From: Squalus acanthias | Lineage: Eukaryota | NCBI GenBank assembly: GCA_030390025.1 | Contig: CM059432.1 | Coordinates: 69,504,001 to 69,568,000 of the forward strand | Direction of reading: 5' to 3' | DNA length: 64,000 nt | Shown: piece after piece, positions 1-12,790 of the stretch | Numbering within the stretch: the first letter of the stretch is position 1 | Layout of the letters: each line of letters starts with the position of its first letter | Program-made: the position numbers and the translations under genes | Notes under the pieces: model-generated | The model's database searches: none | Told to the model about the DNA's origin: nothing | What the model saw: only the letters and a program-made list of their open reading frames with translations

Positions 1-1489
1 GATAATTTCTACAATCGGGAGAGTAGGATTCTCCACAAATGTCATCAATACTGCCTCCCGGCTTATCTACCAGGAGAATTTATTGCATAGTTTGCATCTT
101 CTTTGTTTGTTGCTAGGTGATCTGACAAAGTGGAGAAATTCACCGTCTAGGGGAAGCATAATAGCAAACATTGGCCGAGTCATTCATCACAATGTCCCAC
201 TTGCAATTCTAATGTTACAGTGAGTGGCCACCTTGAAAATTGTATGTTTATTTAAATATTCATGCATTTGACATTTTAATTACCAAGCTTGTGAATCTCC
301 TGTTATATTCCTCACAATGAATTGGAAGATATGAGGGCAGATTTTCCTGGGTCTGCACCCAGGCACATTGGATCACTTGCGTATCAGAAAATCAGTTGGG
401 TCGGAACACATATCTGTAAAAGAACCCACCCAATTTACCTCTATTATTTTAAATGTAGGAAAATCAGGTGGGTTCCTTTATAAGCATGCTCTCCAACCTG
501 CCCGATTTTCTAATATTCATTGTGCTCAGGGCGATAAAATCAGGGGAACCAAATAACTTTGATACATGCTTGAGCACCAATGTACTGCGAAAGGCAATTT
601 TAACATTTATTGTTTTTAACATGTTTTACTTGTTTCATGAGAGTATTTACAATGTCGCTGTTATTAATTGTGATGGAATCTACAAGTTGTGCGAAATGGT
701 ATGATTTCATTCTTCAAAAACATGCCAGTTTTTAAAAAAAGCTGATTGATTAAGGGATTGATTTTCTAAATTTGGATTGGTGCTGGGGAACAATTTGCCA
801 GTAGCACATATTGGAAAATCACAAGCAGCGCACCTGTGATTTCCAGAGATATGCTGCTGGTGGGCAAGCTTTTCCACTGCCAGCATGAACTCGGAAAACT
901 AACCCCTATAGCGCTACACAAAAACAGTTGCTATTTTGGTGCAGTAATCCATTATATATTACAAACACTGAACGGTGGCAACATTCCAAAGGTATTGCAC
1001 TGAAGGTGATACTGTGAGCAAAACATTATATGACCTAATGTGATGTGATGGGTCCACCTAAAGCAGAAAAGAGAAACTCACTCTTGGAATCATGCCAAAA
1101 TTCAGTTTTTAGATAGTCAAAATATCTAACAAACAGATTGGAAAAGTCTTCAAGAGTAATAAACTGGAAAAGAAATAATAAATGTAGTATAATAAGATGA
1201 AAGGCAATTGTGGTTAGCTCCCGACGAACATGGTATAACAGAAGATGGTGCTGAAAATTAATTTGCAAAATGTGGAAGACCTGGAGCTCACAAGACAAAC
1301 CAAAAACATGCACCAACAGTGGACGAAGAATTGAACAAGCTGGAAAAAAAGCCAGTTGCGGCAAAAAAAAATCACATACACACCCAGGCTTTGAGGTATT
1401 AATCAGCTTTGGGACCCACAGTTGAGGCAGAGATCGGCTAACAAAACCCCACTGATTGAGAAAGGAAACAGACTCCTCTATAATCTCCT

Positions 1490-2890
1490 ACATAGAGGCA
1501 AACTCCTTGTTCTACCTCTCCTCTCACCTCATCTCCCTTTCCTCTGATCTGCATCTGTTTTTCTCCGCGCTCTACCCTCATCCTTTCTCGTCTCCTCCTC
1601 TCCCTTCCCTCCTGTCCCCCTCCTCGCTCCTATTCACTCTCTCCTCCTCATGTTCTCTCTGCCCCCCATGGTGCCCTCCTTCCCACTCTTCCTCTCCTAA
1701 TTCGCTCCCCTATCTCCATCCCTTTCCTCCCTCCCCTCTTCCCCTGTCCTACTCTCCCCTCTCCTCTCCCCCCTTGTCCCCTCTTCTCTCCTCTTTCCCT
1801 CCTCTACCTCTCTCCTTTTCTCCACCTCCTGGCCTTACCTATTCTCCCTGTCCCTCCTCCCTCCGCTCCTCTGCTTTGCCTTTCACATTCTTCTTCTCTC
1901 CCCTTCGCTCCCTGCTCCCTCCTCTGCCCTCTTCTTTCCCACCCTTTCCTCCTTTCTCCTCACCTCCCCTCTTCTTCCCCTATCCCTTTCCTTCTCGTCC
2001 CCTCTCTTTTATACTCATCTGCTCCACTCCCTCCTCCTCCCTCTCTCTTCACCTGTCCCTTCTCCTCCTACCACTCCTATTTCTCCTCTCACCCCTTTCC
2101 TCCCTCCCCCTTCTCACTCAGTTCTTCCCATCCCCTTCTCTCTGGCAGCCTCCTATCCCCATCTCCCCTATACGCTCATCCAATTCCCTCTCCTCGACTC
2201 CTCCCCCTCTCTTCTCTCCTTTCTTCCCCTCATGTTTCCCTTTTCCCTATCCCACAATCCTCTTTACCCCCTTTCCTCTCCCCCATTGCCTCTCCTCTTC
2301 TTTCATTCCCCTCTGTCCCCTTTGTTTCCTCCTGCTCTCTCTCAATATTTCTCCTCTCCTCCCCTCCTCTCTCCCTTCTCCAATCCATTACCCCTCTAGC
2401 TCTCCTTACCTCCTCCCCCTTGCCCTACCCCATCTCCTTCATTCCTCCTCCCTTCCCCATCTCCATTTTGCTTTTCGAATTCTTCTTCTTTCCCTTCTCT
2501 TCCTGCTCCCTCCTCTTCCCTTTTCTCTCCCATCCTTTACTTCCCGTCCCCTCTCTTCTCTCCTGGCTCGCTCTTCACCCTCTCCTCTCCTCCCCTGTCC
2601 ATTCTCCTCCTCTTCCCACTCCTTCTTTCTCCCCATTCCCCTCACCCCCTCACTCCTCTCCCAAATCTTCTCACCTTCTCCTTCCTTCTCACTTCCCCTT
2701 TCTCTATACCCTTCTTCTCTGCCGGCCCCTCTCCCCTCCTTTCCTGTCCTCAACTCCTCCTACTCCTCTTCCTTCTCTTATCTCATCCTATGCCTCTTTA
2801 ATTCTTACCCCCCTTTCCTCCATCTCGCCCTTCCTTTCCTCTCATCCCTTCTCCCCCTTCCCTCCTCCTGTATCTCCCTCCCCTCCGACC
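1490..2890. repeat. ~1.4 kb pyrimidine-rich (C/T) low-complexity tract
   Basis: + strand is almost entirely C/T with short imperfect CCT/CTC/TTC units; gives rise to the Pro/Ser/Leu/Phe-rich spurious ORF 1456..2898. Confidence 0.95.
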
Positions 2891-3430
2891 CAGCTTGACC
2901 AGAAAAGTGCCCCTGGCCTTGACTCCCCATGTGCAATACAATGGGAGATCGACTAGTTGTTTAAAAACATAAAAAGAGCTTTTAAATCGATGCTAAAAAT
3001 TATAATCTCAGTATCTATGGTGTAAGTTACCAATTTGTCATCTTCGAGTAGTTTCTTTTCCATTAAAAAGTTTTTAAAATAGTGAGTTTAAAAAAAATAA
3101 TTTTTCAGTAGAAAGTCACATAGGGCAAAGGAATGGGGATTGATACTGGATCTCCATCTCATTTTCTAGCTATCTGAAAATGAAATTACATTACACTATT
3201 CTTTGATATTCTGTCTTTCATGATGCTTTATGTTTGTTCTTCATCTAAACATTAAATTAGTATTATAAATGTTATAATTTATTTACATAATTTCTTTTCT
3301 GACATTTCTTATTATTTTTACCTTTTCTCTATTTTCTTTTTTTGCCTTCTGTTGTTCTTCCTCTCGGTCTGATGTAATTTGGCACTGGGAATCACCTTCA
3401 TCATCTTTGCCTCATCTCCTTTGTGTACAG

Positions 3431-6400
3431 ACAAGATAAAGTCAGGGAGAAGACAATGGTTGATTAACTCAATATCTCCTTCTAGCTCAAAATCTCAGGT
3501 TTACTCCACATCTTCTGATAAATTGTATGTGAATGACAGTGAAAACCTCTTAGGAAGCAGTTCCTTTATACCCGAAAATGAAACAGGCTCTTATAAGAAT
3601 TACATTTACTCAAGAGAAGATAAGCCTGTGATGCCATCAGAAGATGATATTGAGAAGTCCATTTATATGAATGAGGATGGCAGTATGACAGTAGAAATGA
3701 GAGTACACCTTCGAATAAAAGAGGAAGAGACAATACAATGGACTACTACAATTAGCCGTTCTGGTATATGTAACAAAAAATTTAATGCTTGCAATTCAAA
3801 ACTGGAATCTAATGTTGAATCGGCAGATCTGATTAATGCGCACTCCCATCATAATTCAAAAACAATGCATTTTGAGGACTTAAGCCATGAGCAAGAATTT
3901 GATGATCTTTGTACACCACAAGAATGCACAATGCATATAGAACAGGATAAGGGACATTATGACATCTGGCAAAATAGTTTTTCAAACACTAATGAAAATC
4001 TTCCTGAATCGGAGATAGAATTCAAACCGTTGTATAGTTGCAAGGGAAGTCCTGGTCATGGAAAGGTAAGGCAGGACCAGGCATCTCTGGAAAGCATAAC
4101 TGCAAAGTCTAACACAGAAACTAGTGCAACTATAGTTCAATTTTCAAACCTCCAGGAGACAGGACTTGAAGAGAACATAATGGAGCACTGTACTGAACTT
4201 TTTTCAATATCAAATGAAAAACAATCTTGTGAAATAAGTAGTGGTGCAGCTTCTGAGGAGCTACAAACACGTGAGGAGATGAATGTAAATATTCCGGGAG
4301 AAGAAAAAACAATCCTAGATAAAAGCACCTCTTTTGTTGGGAAAGACTCCTCCTCAAAGTACTCAGGATCATACTTTGAAGATCAATTAGTTGTACAAAA
4401 AATGATCAACTCGATCGATGAAAGTACAAATGCAACAAATATTTTCTCACAGTATTGGGAAAAAATTGGATGTGTTGACACAGATATTAATTTTGCAAAA
4501 ATAAATTTGAGACCTTCTTCAGCAGATCCAACATACTCCATTTCAAAACGAGGAAAAAGAGATATAAGGAGACCAATGAGTGCTTCATTCAGGTATTCTA
4601 GATCTTCTGTATCAATTCATAATGAAACAAGTAGCTTGTCATCTAGAATGGTGTGTTCACTCACATCCACAGAAAGAAAACAAAGAACAGATGTAAACAC
4701 CAACTGTACTTACAGTTCTGAGTTTTGTGAAGCCAGAATGTCTCTATTGTTGGCAAATTTAAGCAGTGTTTCAAAGTGTTCACAAAGCTCTACTGTGAGG
4801 AATCAGGACTGCACTAAAACTACTAATAAGGTTGAAATGCCAATTAATACAGATTCAAATGATTCATCATGCACAAATACAGAAGAAACAGCTGAAGAGA
4901 TAAGCCCTGTTAACAATGACATAGTTTTGTCTTCAAGAATGAATGAGCAAAAATGTAGAAAACATACAAGTGAGAACACAAAGCTTCACCCAGAATATGG
5001 CAGTCATTCACAACCAGTTCAATTACTAGGCCAGCTTGAAAAAACTGAAGTTTTGAGTGATAATTGCACTACTCCCAGTGGTGGTCAAGGATCAATAGAA
5101 ATGGTTGACACGGACAAATTTCAAAGTACTGAATTTAATACTGTTGCGATGTCTAATGAAAGCAAAGTGACATTCCATATTGGAAGTGGTGGTGATAGTT
5201 CTATATCTCATAGCTCAACTGACTTGATACCTCCTAAAGAAGAAACTGACTCTAGTCTTTCTGAATTAGTAATAGCTTGTCCACCAGAAAAAGCACCTAG
5301 TAGTACAGAGTCACTGGATAGTAGATTACAAAGAATGAGGGACCAAGACGCTATCACCATCAGCAACAGCTCTGTAACATCCTCCAGGTCTGAAAATGTA
5401 TCCGAAGTAAACTTTTGCCAAGATAATTTTTCTGAGCATAAACAGACCACTTTAATAATAGCCTGCACAAAAGAAGTAAATCTGTACCATGAGGAGGGTG
5501 TTCATTGCAGTGCGATTGCCACTGAGGGAAATTCTGATTTGCCAGACAGTTCCTTACAAATAATAGAATTTGACGCTGAATTTACTTCAGATGGAAATAA
5601 AAAACAAATTACAGGCATTAACAATAGTTCAACTGAAAGTGACATCCAGCAATGTTCTTCTAATCCTAGCAGGAAAAAATTGAAAAATCAGGGAAATAAA
5701 AACAACAAAATACTTAATATATTTGAAGCTGAAACAAAAGATTTCAAACATGATGCTCAAAGTTCAGTGCTTTTTTCTACGTTGTTACAACAAGAGGAAC
5801 AGGAATTCTGTAATGCTGATATTCCACAAACTCAAAATTTTGTGCAAAACTGGCCAAGACGAATATCACCCACTTCTGATATGGTGCGCTGTGACTTAAA
5901 CCTTAGATCTTACCCACCAGCACAATTTGAAGAGGAAAAGACAGTTGATGATTTGGCTAGTGACATTATAGAAGAAGCAAATGACTTGCCCGATGATGAT
6001 TCTGATTTCATTAATCAAACCAAAAGACATAAAGCTGAAACTGATGTTCTAGCTGAACACAAACTAATACAAACATCAGCCAAAACTGTAAGTAAAACGA
6101 AAAGGGTAGATGAAGTGCCAGAAGACTGCAACAGTGATGAGTCATTGCAAAGTCAAGTAAGTGTTGCTAAAGGAGAGATTAAACCTGCACCCATCTCAAA
6201 TGAGATTCAGTACCGTACTGTTACAAAAATGACTGATATCAAAAGTAATATTATTGAATTTAAAAAAGAAACTAGTGACATTGCAATTCAAGCTGATATT
6301 GGGGTAGGTTCTGAAACAGCTAATGAGAAGGACTCTATTGGTGAACAGGACCTAAGACAGGTGTTATGCAAGCTGCAGTCAACCGTTGATATGATCAAGA

Positions 6401-9400
6401 CTAACTCTCATCATAGACACAAGCCATGTCTTGAGAAGTCTTATGGAATACCATATGTGTCAGAACATCTTGCCGCCACATTGAGCACATCTTCAAAGGT
6501 CCTCCTTGCTTGGTTAGCAATTATGAACCTAAATGTTAATGTTCCAGCTTCACCTGACGGTGAGAATGTATTGATGAATAATTGTAGATGTTCTGAGATA
6601 TTAACATTTTTGCAGTCTATAAGACATCTTATCGAGGTTCAAGAAACTGATAGTTTAAAGCGAAGTATTTCAGATCTACAGAAGTGTGCCTCTCATTTAG
6701 TAAAGGTGTGGAAAAATGATCATAAAGAAGAATGTAGTTATGTTTTTGAAAATGATCCTAAAACTGAATGTCCTCTACATACTATAACTTCAGGCAATGA
6801 ACAAACTACTTCATTTGATGCTCCTCAACTAATTAATGTTGTTGAAAGTGAAAAATGTTTTGATATACAAAATGTAATTGAACAGCTGGACCAAGGGGAT
6901 GAAGCAGAGGCAAAGAAAGAAGTAAAATATAATGCTAACATCCATTCAAATAAAGAAGGTAAAACTGAAGAAGCTGGTAAAGCACAAGAAATGGGTGACA
7001 AGGAACCTGAACTACTCAGTTCTGAAGACAATTCAATTTTTGCTGACATTTTAGAAGATCAAATAACAACTGACTCCTTGCTTCAAAATGAAGGCACAGT
7101 TGAAGAAACAACAGTTATGAACAAGGAATGGGCTGAGAAAGAAACTGTTGAGAGCGCTAACTGTACAGAAGGCTGTGATCTTATAGAGGAGTTTGCAACT
7201 TTACAACACATTGAAGATGTGAGGCCAGAAGACATTGCTAAAGATAAGGAATTCCTTTATAACAACTGCACGGATAATAATGAAAATAGACACTCAGAAA
7301 AGCTGAGAGGCAATGAAACTAATAATCACTTTACATGTGCTAATGGCACAGAAAATACAGATGAATTGTCAGCAGCTTCAGATACAGTGCATCTTCAAAG
7401 ATTCATGCATCATAAGTCAGTTTTGACAAATGATAAGTGTGCATCAAATCACAGAAATGTGTTTTGTCAGGGGGAAGGCATGAGCAGAAGCAATAGTAGT
7501 GAAATACCTGTTAGCAGACTGTCAACACCTGCTTCTGTAGTTTCTAACAGTGATTTTGAGAATGGAAATAAGACTGACAGCAAACAGCTGGCACAAACTA
7601 AAGAAATCTGTGAGAACCCTTTTTTTGATGGTAAAGTTGATGATCAGGAATTATTGCCATGTACATGGCCATCTGTACCATTAAATCATAATGTCAAACC
7701 GTGTTTAGAAAGACAGCAGACATCTGACTTGTCTGAAGAGGATCAAGAGTGTGCTAATAGTATTGCAAGTGATTACAATTCTCAAGCATCAAATGAAATG
7801 ACTACGGAGGGAGAGGAGGATGTGTTTGTAAAAACAAAACATTTCTCTACAAGCTTCGTTAGAAAAGCTACTGAGAGACTGTATGGTAAATCACATGTTG
7901 CATTGAAAGACCTTTCACATGACCAGCCCTCATTGGTGTGTGCAGAGACAGAACTCCATACTAGAAGGATCACAGACAGCACATCTTTTAAAATATCCGC
8001 ATGTAGTGACAAATCAACCACTGCTAGAGCTTGTGGCATCGACAATGAATTGTTAAATATTTCTGACATAGATAAGCACCATACATTTCAAAAACCTCAA
8101 GGCAACAATGCACAATCTGAAGAAGATGGTGTGTTTATTGAAAAAGGGAGATGGCTTCTAAAAGAAAACCACTTAATAAGAAAGTCTCCACCTTTAAACA
8201 TGGGAATGTATGGAAACCTGGATACAACATCAGTCGATACAGCGTTTGACAACACAAGTGATGATACTGCATACCCACATGTTAGTGCTATGCATTCAGG
8301 TCCTCCACTGACTGAGTTGTCATCATCAGAAATTGAGGAGATGATAAAACCAGAACCTATGTGTAATTATTTCAGCATGCCTCATGGGAGTGATTCAGAA
8401 CCATTCCCAGACTTAATCGATCTGAAAAGTAAGTATGGCCATGTTTGCAGTGGTTCACATCTTACCAAAAAGAATGAAAGCAACAAACAATTAGCTAAAG
8501 CTTCTGTTGAGCCTACACAGATGTGTACTGAAGTTAATGACAATGATTCATCTTTTGCATCAGTGGAATTTCATATGTTTGACAACAAAGTTAGTCCTCT
8601 GCCACAGCCTTTAGCTGATGGGACTGTTGTAGAGCAACCTACTAGAGAAACTGCCAGGACCAACAGAACGCTTCAAAATCCAGACTCCCTAGATAAGCTT
8701 CATTTTATATGTGGTCAGCACTGCCCAATTCTGACAGCTGTCATTGAACCAACCAATGAGGAAAGCAGAAGATTTGTATATCAGAAAAAATCAGATCTGG
8801 AGAATCAATGGATGCTACATTCAGAAAATGAAGATATTTATACCATTAGGAAATACAATGATTTAATAACTGAAAAAGAAAATTCCTCAGTATTAAACAA
8901 ACATTTAATTGATGACATTATCAGTGACATAACTGATTGGTTTAAACCCCAAAGTATTGAGAATGACATTAAAAGAATTAAATTGAGTCTTGATGCAAAA
9001 TATTTGGGTGCTAATCGTAAAACCTTAAAAGTACCTTTGTACACTGAAGAAGCAGAGTTCAAGCATAAAGACAAGCCATTTATTTCTAATGTAAATATTC
9101 AAGCTAAGAAAGTATATATAAAAAGCATAGTAGAACAGTGGTTCATGAAACAGGCAGTAGAAAACAATATCAAAGCAGTCAAAGTAAGGAATAATGGCTT
9201 GTCATTTCAAGCACAGAAAGTGGAAGATTCTTCAGGTAGACAGACTGATCCTTACCTTCTTAGTACAAGAAGAAGCACAGACAATAATAATGTTACTATT
9301 CCTTTACTGGAAAACAAAGTAATAGGCCTAACCATGCCTTCTGAGAATGTCAGTATAAATGAGGCTGCAGTGAATTCTGAAAAAGAACTAATCTGTGACA

Positions 9401-9432
9401 GACACGAGGCAATGCTTGAAAAACACAATTAA
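3431..9432 (+). CDS. RP1: RP1 (retinitis pigmentosa 1 / oxygen-regulated protein 1) giant terminal coding exon, ~2000 codons
   Basis: Open frame containing RP1-type blocks PSEDDIEKSIYMNEDGSMTVEMRVHLRIKEEETIQWTTT, EEDGVFIEKGRWLLKENHL, CNYFSMPHGSDSEPF and CGQHCPILT. Long pyrimidine tract ends tgtacAG (3429-3430), a phase-1 acceptor. Stop TAA at 9430-9432. Confidence 0.93.
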
Positions 9433-9437
9433 TAAAA
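9432..9437 (+). promoter_or_regulatory. Candidate polyadenylation signal AATAAA overlapping the RP1 stop codon; second AATAAA at 9511-9516
   Basis: Sequence ...AAT TAA ATAAAAG; hexamer match only. Confidence 0.35.
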
Positions 9438-11182
9438 GAAAATGTGTGGTGAGGGGAATTATTCTGAACAGTTACAAATATTGTGATACTTATGAATGGA
9501 AAGTAGGTGAAATAAAGAATTCAGCTGGGATAATGTCATGGGATCGATGCCAAAACAAAGTCTAGCCTTTGGAAAACAAAATTACATGGAAGAAAAATAC
9601 TTCTAATACTAGGAATCTGTTAAACTATGAACAAACCATGCCTTTTAAACAAAAGGTGAACTGTATAAGTTGTTAGGATTTGACAGTTTGGGGAATGTAT
9701 AGAACAGGAGCAACCCATCATCATACAGTATTAACTACAAAATTGTATTTTAACTTGCACCTCTCACATTTTCAACCTGAAATTTAATTTAATACCATAA
9801 TGCTAATTTTGTGCTTTAAGCTATTCAAAGCTGTATTTTTGTAAATGCTTATAATTATTAACAGTAGAATGAATAGTTTAAACAGTGAAGTTTGTTTGCA
9901 ACCTCCAAAATATGTATACTCTATAGCTCCAGCAAACAAGGTTTGAACTTGTTTAATGTTTGAGTAATTGCAACTTGTAGAGCCATCAATATTTCTTCAT
10001 TTCACTTAATATTTCTGTATGATTTATACCCAAAATGTGTTACAGGTTTAATTAGGAATAATTTACAGCAAGACCCACGAGTAACATCCATAATATAGAA
10101 GTAATGGAAGCTTTGGGAACAATTTGATTATATTTAAGATTAATTGACAATCTGTAAAAAGAAAGGGCCAGAACAAAAAGTCAAATTTCAAAATGAATGA
10201 GGGATAAACTAAAAGAAATTAAACTGGGAAGTACTGTTGGAGGATATCTCAGTCAAGGAAAAGTAGAACGCTGTTGTTATTTTATTATGAGTTGTAGGCC
10301 TAATCTGCTTCAATGTGCATTCGCAAGCCAACGTGATGGGGTGTACTTTATGCATTTGAGCCTCTATATGCAATGTGTGCAAGGGTGTTTAAGGCCTCTT
10401 TATATGTAAATTTGGGGAAAACCTCATTTATAATAGACATAAAATCCTGCTGAATCTCCACACCTGAATTCCTGATGGGCACCGGGAATGTGAATTCATA
10501 AAATTTACCCTTAAAATATCTATAGCAGCTATTGAGGCAGAACTACAACAATATTTAAAAGGGAATTGGATAAGTTGAAAAAGAAGATTATGAAAGGATG
10601 TGGAGAAAAAGCAGGGAAATAGGATTAAAGTAGATAACTACAGTTGAAGAGCTAGTGCTGGCACAGGTACAACAGGCCCAATGACCTCCTTCAGTGTTAT
10701 GATTCTACCAGAATAAATATTTAACCAATATTTTCAAATAGATCACACTTTGATAATTTTTTTCACAAATTATTATGTTGCTCTTTCAATCACAAAAAAC
10801 ATGCCTTTGGAGTGAGAAAGAAGAGAGCGAGTTTCTGCATGATGGAAATTGTGTTAATAGTAGACCTGGAAATAATATTGTTGCATTGTTTTACATATTT
10901 TTCCTTTGGGAATATGTATTGTAAGTTTCTGCCAACTATTTCTGACATCAGAAAAAGGGTTGTCAAAGCCTTCAGCAAATGACAACTAATGGGGGAAGAG
11001 GGTGATTAATAAAAGTGGCAATATTGTAGTTTTCACATACGTAAAGGACCACAAGTACAACTCTGAGTTAATACTCAAGGTAGAAACTTTACCAAATTCA
11101 ATAAAAACTGAAGATGGATTTTTTTCCTCTTAATGTGGCTGCCATTAGGAACACAGTAACAAAATATATTGAGGATACCTCC

Positions 11183-11350
11183 GCAGAACAGGAACATAGG
11201 AACAGGAGTAGGCAATTCAGCCCCTTGAACCTGTTCCGCTATTCAATGAGATCATGGCTGATCTGTGACCTAACTCCATATATCCGCCTTTGTCCCATAT
11301 CCCTTAATACCTTTGGTTAACAAAATTCTATCAATCTCAGATTTAAAATT
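11183..11350 (-). mobile_element. CR1 LINE 3'-end fragment
   Basis: Reverse complement of the CR1 3' tail seen at 35800-35918 (aggagtaggc..ttcagcccc..attcaatgagatcatggctgatct). Confidence 0.7.
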
Positions 11351-11835
11351 GTCCTTTCAGATGGGGAGAGGGATGAATGGAAGGCAAGGCAAGGCACTAA
11401 GGAACTCTCCTGAGAAGACCATAGCCCAAAGAGAGGGTTTACAGGGCCATAATATATGCCTTGGGGCTGATAAAGAAACAGTATCTGAAAAGGTTAAGGC
11501 TTTCCAGGAAGACAATTACCAAATGATGTAATTAAAAGAGCAGATGGCACAAGCATCTCCTCCTTTACTATGAAGATCACAGCTATTGTAAACTTTTTTT
11601 GTCACTATCATTACAATCACCTACACTGGATATCTTGAAAATAGACTGCTTGTTAGGTGATTTGAGCTTTACTCAATCCACAGACAACAATGGGACAAAG
11701 ACACAAACAGCACACAAAATAATATGTTATCACTGAAAAAACAATTGGGTAAAAATCAGTGATTACAGTGCCCATCTAATTGTAGAAATTGTTACTGTTC
11801 ACAAGGAATGTGGAGAGATAATTGGAGTATTCAAT

Positions 11836-12790
11836 AACAACAATTTGCATTTATATAGCGCCTTTACTGTACTATAGCATCCCAAGGTATTTCACAGGAG
11901 CGTTAGTAAACAAAGTATGACACCGAGCCACATAAGGAGATATTAGGACAGGTGACCAAAAGCTTGGTCAAAGAGGTAGGTTTTAAGGAGCATCTTAAAG
12001 GAGGAGAGAGAGGCGGAGAGGTTTAGGGAGGGATTTCCAGATCTTAGGGGCCTTGGCAGCTGAAGGTCCAGCCACCAATGGAGGAGCGATTAAAAATCAT
12101 GGATGTTGAAAAGGCCAGAATTGGAAGAATGCAGAGATCTCGCAAGGTTGTAGGGCTGGAGGAGGTTAGAGAGAGCGGGAGGGGCAAGACCATGGAGGGA
12201 TTTGAAAACAAAGGTGAAAATTTTTAAATCGAGGCATTTACCTGACCGAGAGCCAATGTAGGTCAGCAAGCACAGGGGTGATAGGTGAATGGTACTTGGT
12301 GTGAGTTAGGATAGGGGAAGCAAAATTTTGGATGAGCTCAAGTTTAGAACGGATGGTCTCAATCTTAGTGACAAAGAAGTCCATGAGCTCTTTGCCCTTG
12401 ATGTTGGAGGTGAGGGTAGAGGGGGCAGAGGAGAGGGGTTTAAGAAGACAGTTTGTAGTTGAGAAGAGAAGCCGTAGGGTTATCTTTGTATTCCAGGATG
12501 ATCCTGGAGTAGTGAGCAGTTCTGGCAGGGGAGAGCAGGACCCAATAGTGCTTTATGTGGTCCAGCCAGATCTGGCGGTGAATGCCTAAACCAGTTGTCC
12601 ACCAGAAATATTCAAGTCTGTGCCCCTTGAATTTAAGGGAGCGGAGCTGGGGGACGTACCGGGGGACTGACAAGGTTGAGAGAGAGTAGGGGTTATACTG
12701 GGGACAAGGGCATCAAAGGTGAAGGTGAGGGTGTGATCGAGCAGATAGGTAGCTACAGAAATGTTGTGGCGAATGGAGGGTCAAAGGTCA
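11836..12790 (-). mobile_element. L2-like LINE remnant (3' end plus upstream fragments)
   Basis: Begins aacaacaatttgcatttatatagcgccttt, a typical L2 3' terminus in reverse; followed by purine-rich degraded ORF2-like sequence. Confidence 0.6.

Noticed and set aside
1456..2956. 480-aa and 178-aa Pro/Ser/Leu-rich ORFs
   Set aside because: Artefacts of a C/T tract that rarely forms stop codons; no domain signature; intronic.
3379..3430. N-terminal 17 codons of the 2017-aa ORF as a real start
   Set aside because: Starts at TTG inside the polypyrimidine tract; the exon begins after the AG at 3430.
4130..9074. Short antisense ORFs within the RP1 exon
   Set aside because: Shadow ORFs of the long sense frame with no independent coding signal.
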